Below are positions 39,085-48,874 of a stretch of 64,000 bases of DNA, piece by piece. This DNA is from an archaeon GW2011_AR15 (GTDB taxonomy: Archaea > Nanobdellota > Nanobdellia > Woesearchaeales > GW2011-AR15), in NCBI GenBank assembly GCA_000830295.1, contig CP010425.1:384001-448000 (forward strand), given 5' to 3'. The notes beneath the pieces were generated by a model that had not been told where the DNA came from, ran no database searches, and worked only from the letters and a program-made list of their open reading frames with translations. Numbering within the stretch: position 1 is the stretch's first letter; each line of letters opens with the position of its first letter. Position numbers and translations under genes: made by a program.

Positions 39085-40515
39085 TTATTTGCCCATGAAT
39101 TTCCTGACAGCTGGGTTGAGGTCGTACATGTGCTCCCTTGCAATATCTTCATAGAGCTTGTATATAATCATCACAGTAAGAAGTATACCTGTTCCCCTTG
39201 ACAGTGCTCCCATCAAATCTGCTGTTGCTGCCAAAAACCCGACAACAATCCCGCCCATCACTGTAAGCGGCATTATGTATCTTGAAAGAATCCTCTCGAG
39301 TATTCTCTTGTCTTTCCTGAAACCGGGTATCTGCAGGCCTGAGGACATCATCTGCCCGGCAAGGCTCCCTGCATCCTGGCCGGATGTCTGGACCCAGAAT
39401 ACTGAGAACAAGACAGCGCCCCCTACCATAAGCAGGATGTAAATCAGCGAGTTGAGCAGTGTAGGCCATATTATTGCCCACTGGCCCCCGCTCTGTATCA
39501 GTGTCTGCACAAGGTTGGGGCCGCTGAGGACTGCCATCAGCCCGACAGGGACATTGCCCTGAACAAATCCCCCCAGGACAGGCAGCGGGTTTCCTCCTGT
39601 CCAGTTCTGCAAAAGCCTTACCCACAGCTGCATTGTTGCGAATAATGATGCGACCAGGATGACCGGCATGTTGCTTGTGTATATGAACTGCAGAGGCCAC
39701 CTTATGCCGTGCCCCCTTATCCTGCCGAATGACAGCGGGATCTCAACCTTCATTGCCTGCGCATATATTGCTATTGCAAATACAAGAAGGGTTGCTCCTA
39801 TTGTTATCAGGCCGAGCATTGCGCCCTGTCCGTCTCCTGATGTCAGGGAGGATATTGTTCCCCATAAGGTTCCTACAATAGGCCCCTGGTAAGCAGGCTC
39901 CCAGATAAGGTTGCCTGTCGTATCTGTAAATGAAAACAATCTTATGAATATCTGCTTGCTGATTCCTGCGGCGATAAATAATGAGATGCCGGAGCCGAAT
40001 CCCCACTTGCTTACAATCTCATCCATGAAAAGCACGATAAGCCCGCCCAGAGTCAGCTGGAACACCAGAAGGAATTTCATCTGGGTCATTATCCCTGCTG
40101 CCATTGCCGGCGGGGCGATTCCTCCCATGAAAACATAGATGAATGCCTCAAATACTATGAAAAACATCGATACCAGCTTCTGCACTCCCTGGTAATGCTG
40201 CTTCCCCTCATGGGTTGTCAGGTCAAACTTCAGTATTCCTGCGCCGTTAAGAAGCTGGAGTATGATGGATCCTGTAACAATAGGCCCGATTCCCAGCGAA
40301 AGCAGGGAGCCGAACTCTGCCCCAAGAATGATTGAAAGGTATTCAAACTGCGCAAGGGTATTCTGGCCCAGAGGCCATAACGGGATCATTCCGAGCACAA
40401 AGAATAGTACAAGGACAATCAGCGTCCACTTGAGTTTTTCATTGAAAGAAAGCCTTTTTTGTTTCGGAGATGCAACTTCTGGAAGGTTCAGTATTATGTT
40501 GTCTAAGACCCCCAT
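39085..40515 (-). CDS. secY: Preprotein translocase SecY
   Basis: LGIGPIVT, KWGFGSGISLFI, YTSNMP, QIPGFR, GTGILL. Confidence 0.98.
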   Translation of the reverse strand: MGVLDNIILNLPEVASPKQKRLSFNEKLKWTLIVLVLFFVLGMIPLWPLGQNTLAQFEYLSIILGAEFGSLLSLGIGPIVTGSIILQLLNGAGILKFDLTTHEGKQHYQGVQKLVSMFFIVFEAFIYVFMGGIAPPAMAAGIMTQMKFLLVFQLTLGGLIVLFMDEIVSKWGFGSGISLFIAAGISKQIFIRLFSFTDTTGNLIWEPAYQGPIVGTLWGTISSLTSGDGQGAMLGLITIGATLLVFAIAIYAQAMKVEIPLSFGRIRGHGIRWPLQFIYTSNMPVILVASLFATMQLWVRLLQNWTGGNPLPVLGGFVQGNVPVGLMAVLSGPNLVQTLIQSGGQWAIIWPTLLNSLIYILLMVGGAVLFSVFWVQTSGQDAGSLAGQMMSSGLQIPGFRKDKRILERILSRYIMPLTVMGGIVVGFLAATADLMGALSRGTGILLTVMIIYKLYEDIAREHMYDLNPAVRKFMGK

Positions 40516-40517
40516 TT

Positions 40518-40991
40518 TTACTCTTTGTCTGCCTTTTCAGGCTCTTCAGATGATGCTAAAAGCGTGACCTTTCCTCCGGCTTCCTCAACCCTTGCAACTG
40601 CATTTTCTGTTGCAGAGTCGACGGTTATGTGAAATTTAAGGCTGACATCCCCTTTTGAGAGCAGCTTCCTGTAGCCGAGCTTTGAAAGGTCTATTTCATA
40701 GGCATCCTTATTCTTTGATGCCTCCCCTCTTTTTACAAATGATTCAATCTCTGTCTGGAGTATGCTAAGGTTCATTGCCTTTATATGCTTTTTCAGCGAT
40801 GTAAACCCGTGCTTTCCCAGGACCTTCTCTCCCTTGGTAACCTTCATTATCTTGAAGTCTCCCCTTTTTCCTGATCCGGACTTTCCCCTTCCGCCCCTGT
40901 GGCCTGCGCCCCTGTTCTTTTTCTTGTGGCCGTGGCCTCCTGTTGGCTTGGCTGCCCTTATCCTGGATCTCTTGGTTCTTTTTGTCTGCAT
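40518..40991 (-). CDS. rpl15: Ribosomal protein uL15
   Basis: RGAGHRGGRG, GKHGF, EEAGG. Confidence 0.95.
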   Translation of the reverse strand: MQTKRTKRSRIRAAKPTGGHGHKKKNRGAGHRGGRGKSGSGKRGDFKIMKVTKGEKVLGKHGFTSLKKHIKAMNLSILQTEIESFVKRGEASKNKDAYEIDLSKLGYRKLLSKGDVSLKFHITVDSATENAVARVEEAGGKVTLLASSEEPEKADKE

Positions 40992-40992
40992 G

Positions 40993-41490
40993 CTACATCA
41001 TTCTCTTTATCAGGTCATTTATCTTGGCTGCCCTGTAGCCAAGCGCCCCGTTCTTTGAGAAGGACATCTTGACTCCGTTGTTCCCGTATCCTTTCCTGGG
41101 AGGAGACAGCCTGAAATATTTCCTGTATTTTTTCTTGTTATGCGTAAAATACCTTCTGTACTGTATCTTCTTCTTTGAATCCTCTGTCCTTTCAGTGAAT
41201 TCTTCCCCTCTTTTCTCTATCATTTCCTGGTGCACTTCATCTGATATCTCCCCCCATGTGACATAATCCTTCGCCCTCCTTATCATGCCGAGGTTTGAAG
41301 GCGTTGCATCTATCACAACGCACCAGTTCTTGTTGTAGAGGTTGAGCATTTTCAGTGTCTTCTGGGCATCCGGGGCCATGCCTATCCCGCCCCTTACCCT
41401 GACTACTGCAATCTTTCCGGAAGCTGGCTTTTCCTCTTTCACAGCCTTTTTCTTTTCTGCCGGCTTTCCTGCTGCTTTTTTCTCATCCAT
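40993..41490 (-). CDS. rpl30: Ribosomal protein uL30
   Basis: AVVRVRG, DYVTWGE, FRLSPPRKG. Confidence 0.95.
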   Translation of the reverse strand: MDEKKAAGKPAEKKKAVKEEKPASGKIAVVRVRGGIGMAPDAQKTLKMLNLYNKNWCVVIDATPSNLGMIRRAKDYVTWGEISDEVHQEMIEKRGEEFTERTEDSKKKIQYRRYFTHNKKKYRKYFRLSPPRKGYGNNGVKMSFSKNGALGYRAAKINDLIKRMM

Positions 41491-42286
41491 TCTTCTTTTC
41501 CTCCGGCCTTTCAGAAATGCTCAGTATTTTGTAATGCTTCTCCTGAAGCTTTGTTGTGGTAAGTGTCTTAAGAGCCCTTTCAGCTGCTTTTATAAGGTTC
41601 AGCTTTGAGGTTGTCTGGCCGTTTGTCTGCGACCATACATCCTTTATCCCTGCCAGGTCAAGTATCCTTGCTATTTCCCTGTCGACCTTAAGCCCTGTTC
41701 CCTTGGGAGCAGGCATGAGTATAAGCTCTGCTGAGCCGCACTTCCCTTTTATCTTGAACGGCAGCGAGTGGGCTTCTCCGCATCCGCATTCCCAGCTTCC
41801 GCATCCCCTTCTTATCTTGAAAACATTGAATTTTGCATTCCTTGCTGCCTTTTCCCTTGCAGGCACAGTCTCTTTTGCTTTTCCATATCCAAGGCCTATT
41901 ATCCCTTTTCTGTTTCCCACAACTGCAAGTGTTGCGAACCTTGGCTTGTTTCCCTCTTTTGTCTTTTTCTGCGTCTGCCTGAATACCCTTCTTTTTCCTC
42001 CTCCAAACTTTCCCTTTGCCTGGCCTATCTGGAGAAGGTCTGATTCTATGTCCGGGAGAAGCACGTCAATTATCTCTTTCTCCATTATGACCTCTCCCCG
42101 GTCAAGGATGGTGTAGATGTCCCTCAGCTCACCTGAAGCTACTTTTTTCCCAAGCCCTGTCCTTGGTGTCCATACCAGCTCCTCTACTTTTTTATCTCTT
42201 GCTGTTTTCAGGGTTGCCTCATCCTCAAATTCTGCTATTGCCTCTATCTCTTCCACTTCCTCAGGTTTTGTTATTTTCTTAGCCAT
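41483..42286 (-). CDS. rps5: Ribosomal protein uS5
   Basis: WTPRTGLG, RRGCGSWEC, PAPKGTGL. Confidence 0.97.
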   Translation of the reverse strand: MAKKITKPEEVEEIEAIAEFEDEATLKTARDKKVEELVWTPRTGLGKKVASGELRDIYTILDRGEVIMEKEIIDVLLPDIESDLLQIGQAKGKFGGGKRRVFRQTQKKTKEGNKPRFATLAVVGNRKGIIGLGYGKAKETVPAREKAARNAKFNVFKIRRGCGSWECGCGEAHSLPFKIKGKCGSAELILMPAPKGTGLKVDREIARILDLAGIKDVWSQTNGQTTSKLNLIKAAERALKTLTTTKLQEKHYKILSISERPEEKKNG

Positions 42287-42287
42287 T

Positions 42288-42863
42288 TTATTTTGACGAT
42301 GCTATCTTCTCCTTTGTTTTTTCAAAAGCCTCCTGCATCTTTGCAGGGTCCTGCTTGTTCTTTACATATGATGAAAATAATCTGTTGAATCTCTCAGTGT
42401 CTGACTTAAGCAGTGCTGCATAGTCTGCAATGTGCTTTCCTGAAAGCCTGTCTGCCTTTGGCGCAATCTCTTCTGAATATTTTATCTTCAGGCCTGCGTC
42501 TGCTGCTCCCTTGAGGACTGCGAATATCCTTGAGCCCGGGATTGGCGTGTGAAGCCCTATGTCCAGTATTGCCTCTTTTCCTTTTGCTGCATGGCCTATC
42601 ATATACCCTACAAGGTATGATGCGGGGATGTTTCCTGTGTTGTATCCCCATCCGTGCTTTTCAAGGTTTCTTGAATGGGATGATGCTATCACCCTGTCGC
42701 CGTCAGGATGGTATTCTATAAGCTGTGCAACGATGTTCTTGTTGAACCTTCTTACCACAAGCCTCGGCGTCCTTGACTTCAGGAGGATTATCCTTTTCCT
42801 GTAATCTGTCTTCCCTTCCCTCTTTCTCCTGTACTGGACTGTGGCTATTTTTTTGTGTACCAT
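42288..42863 (-). CDS. rpl18: Ribosomal protein uL18
   Basis: RRKREGKTDY, ILDIGL. Confidence 0.97.
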   Translation of the reverse strand: MVHKKIATVQYRRKREGKTDYRKRIILLKSRTPRLVVRRFNKNIVAQLIEYHPDGDRVIASSHSRNLEKHGWGYNTGNIPASYLVGYMIGHAAKGKEAILDIGLHTPIPGSRIFAVLKGAADAGLKIKYSEEIAPKADRLSGKHIADYAALLKSDTERFNRLFSSYVKNKQDPAKMQEAFEKTKEKIASSK

Positions 42864-42864
42864 T

Positions 42865-43320
42865 TTACTTCTTTGCCTTTATGAGCCTGTGCTCTGTTAT
42901 GTATAGCTTGATGTGTCTCCTGCTTCTGAAAAATCCGCCCTTTGCTTTTTTGTAAAGCCCCTTGTATGCTTCCTGCTCAAGCATCTTGGCGTCTTTCAGC
43001 TCCTTGAGGAACTTCCTCTGGAGCCTTATCTTGTTCATCCATTTTTTCTTGCTTGAGCCCCTTGCATTTGCAGAGCCCTTCCTTGAGCCCTGGCCTTTCC
43101 TTCTTCCCTTTGACTTCTGCTTCTGGTGCTCTTTTGCCCTGCCCCTTGATATTCCCTTGTTTTTCTTTACTGTTATTGCTCCGTCCTTCATAAGGGCCCT
43201 GACATCTGCCCTTGTTATGGCTTCCTTTATCTCGTCCCTTCTTGATTCGTCAATGATGACTTTCTTGCGGGATCTCTTCGCAATCTTTGCTGCCAGCCTT
43301 TTTTGTATTGTTGATTTCAC
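42865..43320 (-). CDS. rpl19e: Ribosomal protein eL19
   Basis: QKRLAA, AITRADVR, GSRKG, KAKGG. Confidence 0.97.
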   Translation of the reverse strand: MKSTIQKRLAAKIAKRSRKKVIIDESRRDEIKEAITRADVRALMKDGAITVKKNKGISRGRAKEHQKQKSKGRRKGQGSRKGSANARGSSKKKWMNKIRLQRKFLKELKDAKMLEQEAYKGLYKKAKGGFFRSRRHIKLYITEHRLIKAKK

Positions 43321-43324
43321 TTGA

Positions 43325-43879
43325 TTACACCTTCTGAGTAAGCAGTTTGTCTATCTCCTTTTTTTCTGTCTTTTTCTTTTCTTCTTCAGACACGTCTTCC
43401 TTGACCTTGTCATCTATGTTATCCTTCTTCCCTGCTTTCTCTTTTTTCTCTTCCTTTTTCTTCTCTGCTTCTTTCTTGAGCTTCTTCTTTTCCTGGAGCA
43501 TGCCCTCTTTCTCTGATATGTATTTCTCAGGGTCTGCAAAATTATGTATGCTTATCTTGTGCTTTATCAGCTCCTTCATTATGGGCAACTTCTTTTTCAG
43601 GCCGAGCTTTCCTGAGACTACTGCTGTGTGCTTTTTCGGGTCAAGCTCTTTTACCTGGGCAAGGGAGTTCACAACGACTACTTCCATGCCCCTGTATTTC
43701 CCTCTCTGGGATCTTGCGTTGCCGTATCCCGGCTTCGGTATGACCCTGTTTATCATCATTATCCTTATCTTTGAATCGATTCCCCTTGGCTTCCTCCATG
43801 TATTGGCAAGCCTCTTCTTCTTATGGATGTCCTGCCTGTTGAACTTCCTCCTTTTCCTTGCTGGCTGGGGCGTTTCCAT
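43325..43879 (-). CDS. rpl32e: Ribosomal protein eL32 with charged C-terminal extension
   Basis: FNRQD, WRKPRGIDSK, GYG. Confidence 0.93.
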   Translation of the reverse strand: METPQPARKRRKFNRQDIHKKKRLANTWRKPRGIDSKIRIMMINRVIPKPGYGNARSQRGKYRGMEVVVVNSLAQVKELDPKKHTAVVSGKLGLKKKLPIMKELIKHKISIHNFADPEKYISEKEGMLQEKKKLKKEAEKKKEEKKEKAGKKDNIDDKVKEDVSEEEKKKTEKKEIDKLLTQKV

Positions 43880-43884
43880 TTTCT

Positions 43885-44433
43885 CTAAATCTGCTCTCCT
43901 TCTTTTTCTATTATGTATATGCCGTCCTGGAATATCCTCCTGTCGAAGCCCGGCCTCCTTGTTGCCTGCTCGATGTCAGCTGCAACCTGCCCTGCCTTCT
44001 CGATGTCAGGGGACTCCACTGTGATTGTGCTTCCGTCAACTTTTACTGCTGCGCCCGGCATAAGATTAACCTTTCTCGGAATCTTCTCGCCAAGGAAATT
44101 CTTTATCTCAAGCCTGTTGCCTGAAACAGAGACTGTTATGGGAAAGTGGCCTGAGCATACCTTCAGCTTGTATACATATCCCTCTGTGACTCCCTTCATG
44201 GCATTCCTTATATGGGCCTTGTATGTCTTCAAAACTGTCTTGTCCTTCCTTGTGTTGCCTGATGCTGAAAGCGTTATCTGCCTGCCTTCAAGCTTTATCC
44301 TGGCTTTCGGGCTGTTGAATTCTCTCACAACATTGCCTTTCGGCCCGCTTACAGTAAGGGATGTGCCATTCAGGGATGCGTTTGCTCCCTCGATGACTTC
44401 TATTTCCTCTGTAAGTGCTTTTTCTTCGGTCAT
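43885..44433 (-). CDS. rpl6: Ribosomal protein uL6
   Basis: GPKG, HFP, NFLGEK, DRRIFQDGIYI. Confidence 0.97.
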   Translation of the reverse strand: MTEEKALTEEIEVIEGANASLNGTSLTVSGPKGNVVREFNSPKARIKLEGRQITLSASGNTRKDKTVLKTYKAHIRNAMKGVTEGYVYKLKVCSGHFPITVSVSGNRLEIKNFLGEKIPRKVNLMPGAAVKVDGSTITVESPDIEKAGQVAADIEQATRRPGFDRRIFQDGIYIIEKEGEQI

Positions 44434-44434
44434 T

Positions 44435-44827
44435 TTAGTAAACGTATGCAATTAGCTTTCCTCCAAGCTTTTTCTTTATTGCCTCTTCCTGTGTCATCAG
44501 CCCCTGGTTTGTTGACACAATCAGGAAACCGAATCCGAATGCCGGAAGGTATCTTTTTTCAAATTTCTGGTATTCTTTCAGTGTGACGCTGTGCCTCGGC
44601 CTTACTACTCCTATCTTGTTTACAGCCCCAAGCAGGCTTATCTCTATCTCTCCTCCTCTGCCGTTTTCAATGACCTTGTATTCCCCGACATAGTTGTTTG
44701 CTTTAAGCAGGTCAAGCACAGCCCTTATTATCTTGGAGTTATTCCTGACTGTTATCTTCTGCTTCCCTTTTTTCTCCTCTATGTGGATGTGGGAAAGCAC
44801 GTTTGCCAATGGATCGTTTAAGCTCAT
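44435..44827 (-). CDS. rps8: Ribosomal protein uS8
   Basis: NDPLAN, RYLPA, STNQG, GGKLIAYVY. Confidence 0.97.
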   Translation of the reverse strand: MSLNDPLANVLSHIHIEEKKGKQKITVRNNSKIIRAVLDLLKANNYVGEYKVIENGRGGEIEISLLGAVNKIGVVRPRHSVTLKEYQKFEKRYLPAFGFGFLIVSTNQGLMTQEEAIKKKLGGKLIAYVY

Positions 44828-44847
44828 TTTGTTCTCCTGTCTATCAA

Positions 44848-45084
44848 TCAGTTATATTTCTTGAACCCAAGTTTTGTTGCTATGTCCCTGAAGCAGCACC
44901 TGCAGTATCTCAGGCCGTACTTGCCGACAAATCCGCCTACGCCTGTCCTACCGCATCTTGTGCACTTTGCCGTGTGCCTTCCGCATTTCCTTTCCTTCGG
45001 AAGGTTGTATTTCTCAAAGCGCTTCAGCTTCTGCGGCTTGTTCTTAAGCTGGCTTAGCATTTTCCTGGGATCTGAAGTTGTCAT
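44848..45084 (-). CDS. rps14: Ribosomal protein uS14 (Zn-binding, N-terminally extended)
   Basis: CTRCG...KYGLRYCRCCFR..A..LGFKKY. Confidence 0.95.
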   Translation of the reverse strand: MTTSDPRKMLSQLKNKPQKLKRFEKYNLPKERKCGRHTAKCTRCGRTGVGGFVGKYGLRYCRCCFRDIATKLGFKKYN

Positions 45085-45596
45085 TATTCTTCCTCCGTTG
45101 TAACATTGAATTCTTTCTTGAAATAATCCATGCTGTCCTGCTGTGTTATATGGTGGCTTTTTCCCAGCTTCCTGTTCAGCTTCTTCCTGTATTTCACCCT
45201 GTGGCCGGGCCTTGACAGCGTTATTGTAACCTGGAAGCCTATTATGCCTATGGCTGAGTCGTACTCAAGCCCCGGAATATCTATATACTCGTGGATTCCG
45301 AATGCCACGTTTCCGTTTGAGTCAAATGCTCCCGGAGGCAGCCTGTTGTCCTTTGCCTTCAGCAGCCTCTTCAGCAGCTCCCTGGCATGCTCCCTCCTTA
45401 TTGTTATCTTGCATCCTATAGGAAGGCCCGGACGGACTCCCCAGCCAGGTATTCTCTTGTCTGTGATAGTCTTTACAGGCTCGATGCCGGTTATATTCTT
45501 CAGCAGCTTCATGCCCTTCTTCAGCTTTTCCTGGTCTGTGCCGGCCCCTACATTTAGGGTAAGTTTCTCTATCCTTATCTCTCTCATAGGGTTCAT
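45084..45596 (-). CDS. rpl5: Ribosomal protein uL5
   Basis: MNPMREIRIEK, PIGCKIT, FD..GN..FGI.EYI. Confidence 0.97.
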   Translation of the reverse strand: MNPMREIRIEKLTLNVGAGTDQEKLKKGMKLLKNITGIEPVKTITDKRIPGWGVRPGLPIGCKITIRREHARELLKRLLKAKDNRLPPGAFDSNGNVAFGIHEYIDIPGLEYDSAIGIIGFQVTITLSRPGHRVKYRKKLNRKLGKSHHITQQDSMDYFKKEFNVTTEEE

Positions 45597-46282
45597 TCTT
45601 TAAATTTCACCACAGGTTCTTTTTTCCCGACTACATATACGGATTCTCTCGGCGTCTCGAATTCCTCTTTCTTTGTCTTTATCTTCACAAGCCCAGATGC
45701 TGAAACATTTTCTATGCTTCCGTGCTGGCCTGTGTGGCTTCCGCTTGTAAGGAAAGCATAGCTGCCTTTCTCAAGCTTCAGCGTGTCCCTGATCTTATAG
45801 TCAGGAAGCGAAAGCACTGCTGAATCGCCTACTGCGAATTTGCCATCTTTCACAATAATGTTCTTGCCGTCATACATGTTAAGCTGCATCTTTCCGCCCT
45901 TCAGCACTGTCTTCCCTATTATCTTTGATACCTTAAATGATGATTCTTTCTTGTCTATCTTCTGGAGGCAGAGCTTCTCTGACTCGTTTACAAGCAGGAC
46001 ATATTGCTCGTCTGAGACGGGTATGGAAAGCACGTCCATCAGCCCGAGCGGATATTTTGGGTCTTTTACCCTTCTTCCGTCTACAAGGATTTCCTTGTCG
46101 TTCATGATTGCCTTCACTTCTTTCATTGTCCTTGCATCCTTCAGAAGGTTCTTGAATACCAGTCCCATCGGCATGCACTCATGCATCGGCTTTCCTGGAA
46201 GCGGCCTCAGTGAAAACTTGGTTGTCTTTCTCTTTACAGGCCATGATGCCGGTGCATTCAGTGATTTCAGGTGGTTTGCCAT
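45593..46282 (-). CDS. rps4e: Ribosomal protein eS4
   Basis: HLK..AP.SWP, VDGR, GLMDV, GSHTG. Confidence 0.97.
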   Translation of the reverse strand: MANHLKSLNAPASWPVKRKTTKFSLRPLPGKPMHECMPMGLVFKNLLKDARTMKEVKAIMNDKEILVDGRRVKDPKYPLGLMDVLSIPVSDEQYVLLVNESEKLCLQKIDKKESSFKVSKIIGKTVLKGGKMQLNMYDGKNIIVKDGKFAVGDSAVLSLPDYKIRDTLKLEKGSYAFLTSGSHTGQHGSIENVSASGLVKIKTKKEEFETPRESVYVVGKKEPVVKFKE

Positions 46283-46283
46283 T

Positions 46284-46655
46284 TTATTTCTTCAGCCTCT
46301 CCTGCCTTTTCTTGTCGTTCAAGTTCAGCTCTGTTATCATTATGTTTGAGACGTGCACTGATTTTCTCAGCTTGGTGCCGTCTGCCTTCTGGATATCTAT
46401 CCCTATAACATATACTTTTGAATTTTTTACATCTACTTCTTCAACTTTTCCTGCCCTTCCCCTGAACTGGCCTGCCATTATGGTGACCTTGTCCCCCTCG
46501 GCAACCCTCACAGTCCTTTTCTTGTGCTTCGCGCTAAGGGGTTTTGCAAGGTGCGCCTTAAGGAATCTCCCTTTTACATGGAGAGGGGCAGCCAGCCTGT
46601 ATAGCCTCTGCTTTGCCGGCTTCACGCTTGATTTCTGTGTTGTTGAAAATTTCAT
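46284..46655 (-). CDS. rpl24: Ribosomal protein uL24
   Basis: SVKPAKQR, APLH, GDKV.IMAG, HVSNIMI. Confidence 0.95.
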   Translation of the reverse strand: MKFSTTQKSSVKPAKQRLYRLAAPLHVKGRFLKAHLAKPLSAKHKKRTVRVAEGDKVTIMAGQFRGRAGKVEEVDVKNSKVYVIGIDIQKADGTKLRKSVHVSNIMITELNLNDKKRQERLKK

Positions 46656-46714
46656 TTTTTTAAAAATACCCGGTGTTTTTGAAATTTGAAAATTGTTTTA
46701 TTTTCATTTTTGCC

Positions 46715-47116
46715 TCATAATATTATGCTTGCAACCTTTGCGACTGCAGGCCACCTTTCTGTTGCCTCTTTTGCAATCGGCCCCTTGAATATTGTTCCCT
46801 TGGGGTTTCCCTTGTCATCCTTCAGCACAACTGCTGCATTGTCTTCAAATTTCACCCTTATGCCGCTGGCTCTCCTGTATTCCCTTTTCTGCCTCACTAT
46901 TATTGCATATACCATCTGCTTCATCATGTCCGGCCTTCCCTTCTTGACAGCCGCCCTTACTATATCCCCGACTCCTGCTGCGGGCTTCCTGTTCTTCACT
47001 CCCTTGTAGCCGTATACTGAAATCAGCTCTATCACTTTCGCTCCTGAGTTGTCGCATGTCGGAACATTGGCTCCGACCGGAAGCCCCCTTGTGACCCTAG
47101 CCCTTACTGCTTTCAT
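46715..47116 (-). CDS. rpl14: Ribosomal protein uL14
   Basis: DNSGAK, FEDNAAV, GPIAKEA. Confidence 0.98.
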   Translation of the reverse strand: MKAVRARVTRGLPVGANVPTCDNSGAKVIELISVYGYKGVKNRKPAAGVGDIVRAAVKKGRPDMMKQMVYAIIVRQKREYRRASGIRVKFEDNAAVVLKDDKGNPKGTIFKGPIAKEATERWPAVAKVASIIL

Positions 47117-47384
47117 CTTTCAATACCTCTACAACCACGAATTTTTTTGTCTTGCTTATCGGCCTGCACTCTTTTATTATTACTGTGTCTCCCTCTTTTG
47201 CGTCCATCTCAGGAGGGTTGTGCGCTTTCACCTTGCTCCTCTTGTCATGGTAACGCTCGAATTTCGGGACATATACTCTCCTGTTCCATTCTACTGTGAC
47301 AGTCTTCTGGGCCTTGCTGCTTACAACCTTGCCCTTGAATGTCCTTCCTCTTGTTTTCAGTGTGGTTTTTTTCATTTTCAGCAC
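47097..47384 (-). CDS. rps17: Ribosomal protein uS17
   Basis: RGRTFKGKVVS, KFERY, ECRPISKTK. Confidence 0.97.
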   Translation of the reverse strand: MLKMKKTTLKTRGRTFKGKVVSSKAQKTVTVEWNRRVYVPKFERYHDKRSKVKAHNPPEMDAKEGDTVIIKECRPISKTKKFVVVEVLKDESSKG

Positions 47385-47599
47385 TCTTTGATCCTGTCCT
47401 CAGGCCTTTTTGCTATTTTTTCTCCTTCGATTGTTTTTCCGTTGATTTTGATTTTTGATGTTTTCTTGATGAATTTTTTTATCTTGTTTTTTGTCTCCAA
47501 ATGAAGCATGTTTTTTGTTTCATTGACGATTGTTCCCTTGTGCGTCTTTCCGCTGCTTTCTGTTATCTCCGCCTCCTTCCCTATCAGCTCTTCTTTCAT
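47378..47599 (-). CDS. rnp1: RNase P protein subunit Rpp29/POP4 (short)
   Basis: MKEELIG, GTIVNETKN, RPEDRIK; ATG at 47599 overlaps the SUI1 stop. Confidence 0.92.
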   Translation of the reverse strand: MKEELIGKEAEITESSGKTHKGTIVNETKNMLHLETKNKIKKFIKKTSKIKINGKTIEGEKIAKRPEDRIKEC

Positions 47600-47898
47600 C
47601 TGACCCTGATAGTCTCCTCGGGGAAGCCCAGCTTTACCAGCTCCGCAAACACTTTCTGCTTGTGGTCGCCCTGCAGCTCGATTTTCCCGTCCTTGAACGT
47701 GCCTCCGCACGCAAGGGTGTTCTTCAGCTTCTTCGCCAGGTCCTTAAGGTCGATCTGCCTGGTGTCGATGCCTTCAATCATCGTGTGAAGTTTCCCGAAC
47801 TTCTTTTTTTCTGTATAAACCGTTATCTCCTGGTTTTCCTTTGCGATGTTTTCGCAAACGCAAAGTTCTTTTGGAAGCCCGCATGTGTTACAAATCAT
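47596..47898 (-). CDS. sui1: Translation initiation factor SUI1/aIF1
   Basis: CGLPKELCVC, LACGGT, IELQGDH. Confidence 0.97.
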   Translation of the reverse strand: MICNTCGLPKELCVCENIAKENQEITVYTEKKKFGKLHTMIEGIDTRQIDLKDLAKKLKNTLACGGTFKDGKIELQGDHKQKVFAELVKLGFPEETIRVR

Positions 47899-48077
47899 TT
47901 TTTCAGCTGTGACATTAGCCTCGCAATATTTTTTTTGACCAGTCCTGCCTGCCCTGGGCTTTTCAGTGTTGTGCCTGTTGCAACCTGCGTGTTTATTTTT
48001 ATCAGTTCTTTCTGCAGCTCCAGCAGCTGCGTTTCAAGTTCCTCACTGCTTTTTCCTTTCAGCTCTTTGGATTTCAT
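47895..48077 (-). CDS. rpl29: Ribosomal protein uL29
   Basis: KEL...LLELQKEL...PG...KKNIAR; operon position. Confidence 0.93.
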   Translation of the reverse strand: MKSKELKGKSSEELETQLLELQKELIKINTQVATGTTLKSPGQAGLVKKNIARLMSQLKK

Positions 48078-48874
48078 TCTTTACCTTCCTTCTTTTTCGC
48101 TGCCCTTGCTTTCTTCGGCTTGGCTTCCTTTGATTCAGGCTCTTCTGCCTTTTTCTTTGCTGCTTTTTTCTTTGTCTTATCTTCTTTTGATGTTTCTTTT
48201 GTTTCTTCAACTGCTGTCTTTATCTCTGCTTCTGCCTCTTTTGATTCCTCTTCTTTGACTTCTTCAACTGTTGCCGCGTCCGGCCTGAACCTGATATCAT
48301 CAGGCAGCCTTACTCCGGGAGGCATGATGCTTACCTTTATCCCTACAATCCCTGATTTCAGGTTTGCTATTGCATATGCTGTGTCAACTATTGAGACTGC
48401 TGCGTCTCCGCACTTCTTGATATAGCCCTGGTAGAACCTCCATGTCTTTGCCCTTGCGCTCGGTATCTTGCCTGAGATGAGTATCTCGATTCCCAGTGCG
48501 CCTGCTGCCAGTGCATCCGTCATTACCTTATGGCCTATTCCCTTGAACCTCATTGTGCCGTATTTCTCAAGTGAGATTGCTATTTTTTCCGCGATTGCCG
48601 CAGCAACTAAATTCTCATTCTGTATCTCTGATATCTCTATCTGCGGGTTCTCCAGGCTGAACTCGTTCTTCAAATCTTCTGTAAGCTTCTTGATATTTGC
48701 GCCCCCGCCCCCTATGACAAGTCCGGGCCTTGACGCGTAGATTACTATTTTTTCTCCCAGCGGAGTCCTCTGTATCTTTGAGTGGCTCAGCCCGACTCCC
48801 TTAAGGTTTTCCCTCAGGTATTCCTTTATCTGGAATTCCTTCTTCATCCTTGATATGAAATCGCGCTCAATCAT
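48074..48874 (-). CDS. rps3: Ribosomal protein uS3
   Basis: RTPLG, RPGLVIG, GALGIEILISGK, GIKVSIMPP. Confidence 0.97.
   Translation of the reverse strand: MIERDFISRMKKEFQIKEYLRENLKGVGLSHSKIQRTPLGEKIVIYASRPGLVIGGGGANIKKLTEDLKNEFSLENPQIEISEIQNENLVAAAIAEKIAISLEKYGTMRFKGIGHKVMTDALAAGALGIEILISGKIPSARAKTWRFYQGYIKKCGDAAVSIVDTAYAIANLKSGIVGIKVSIMPPGVRLPDDIRFRPDAATVEEVKEEESKEAEAEIKTAVEETKETSKEDKTKKKAAKKKAEEPESKEAKPKKARAAKKKEGKE

Noticed and set aside
46656-46714. AT-rich hairpin between rpl14 and rpl24
   Set aside because: Weak, low-complexity stem that pairs better on the non-coding strand
47600-47710. N-terminal extension of the Rpp29 ORF in the track
   Set aside because: It overlaps SUI1; the ATG at 47599 gives the normal protein
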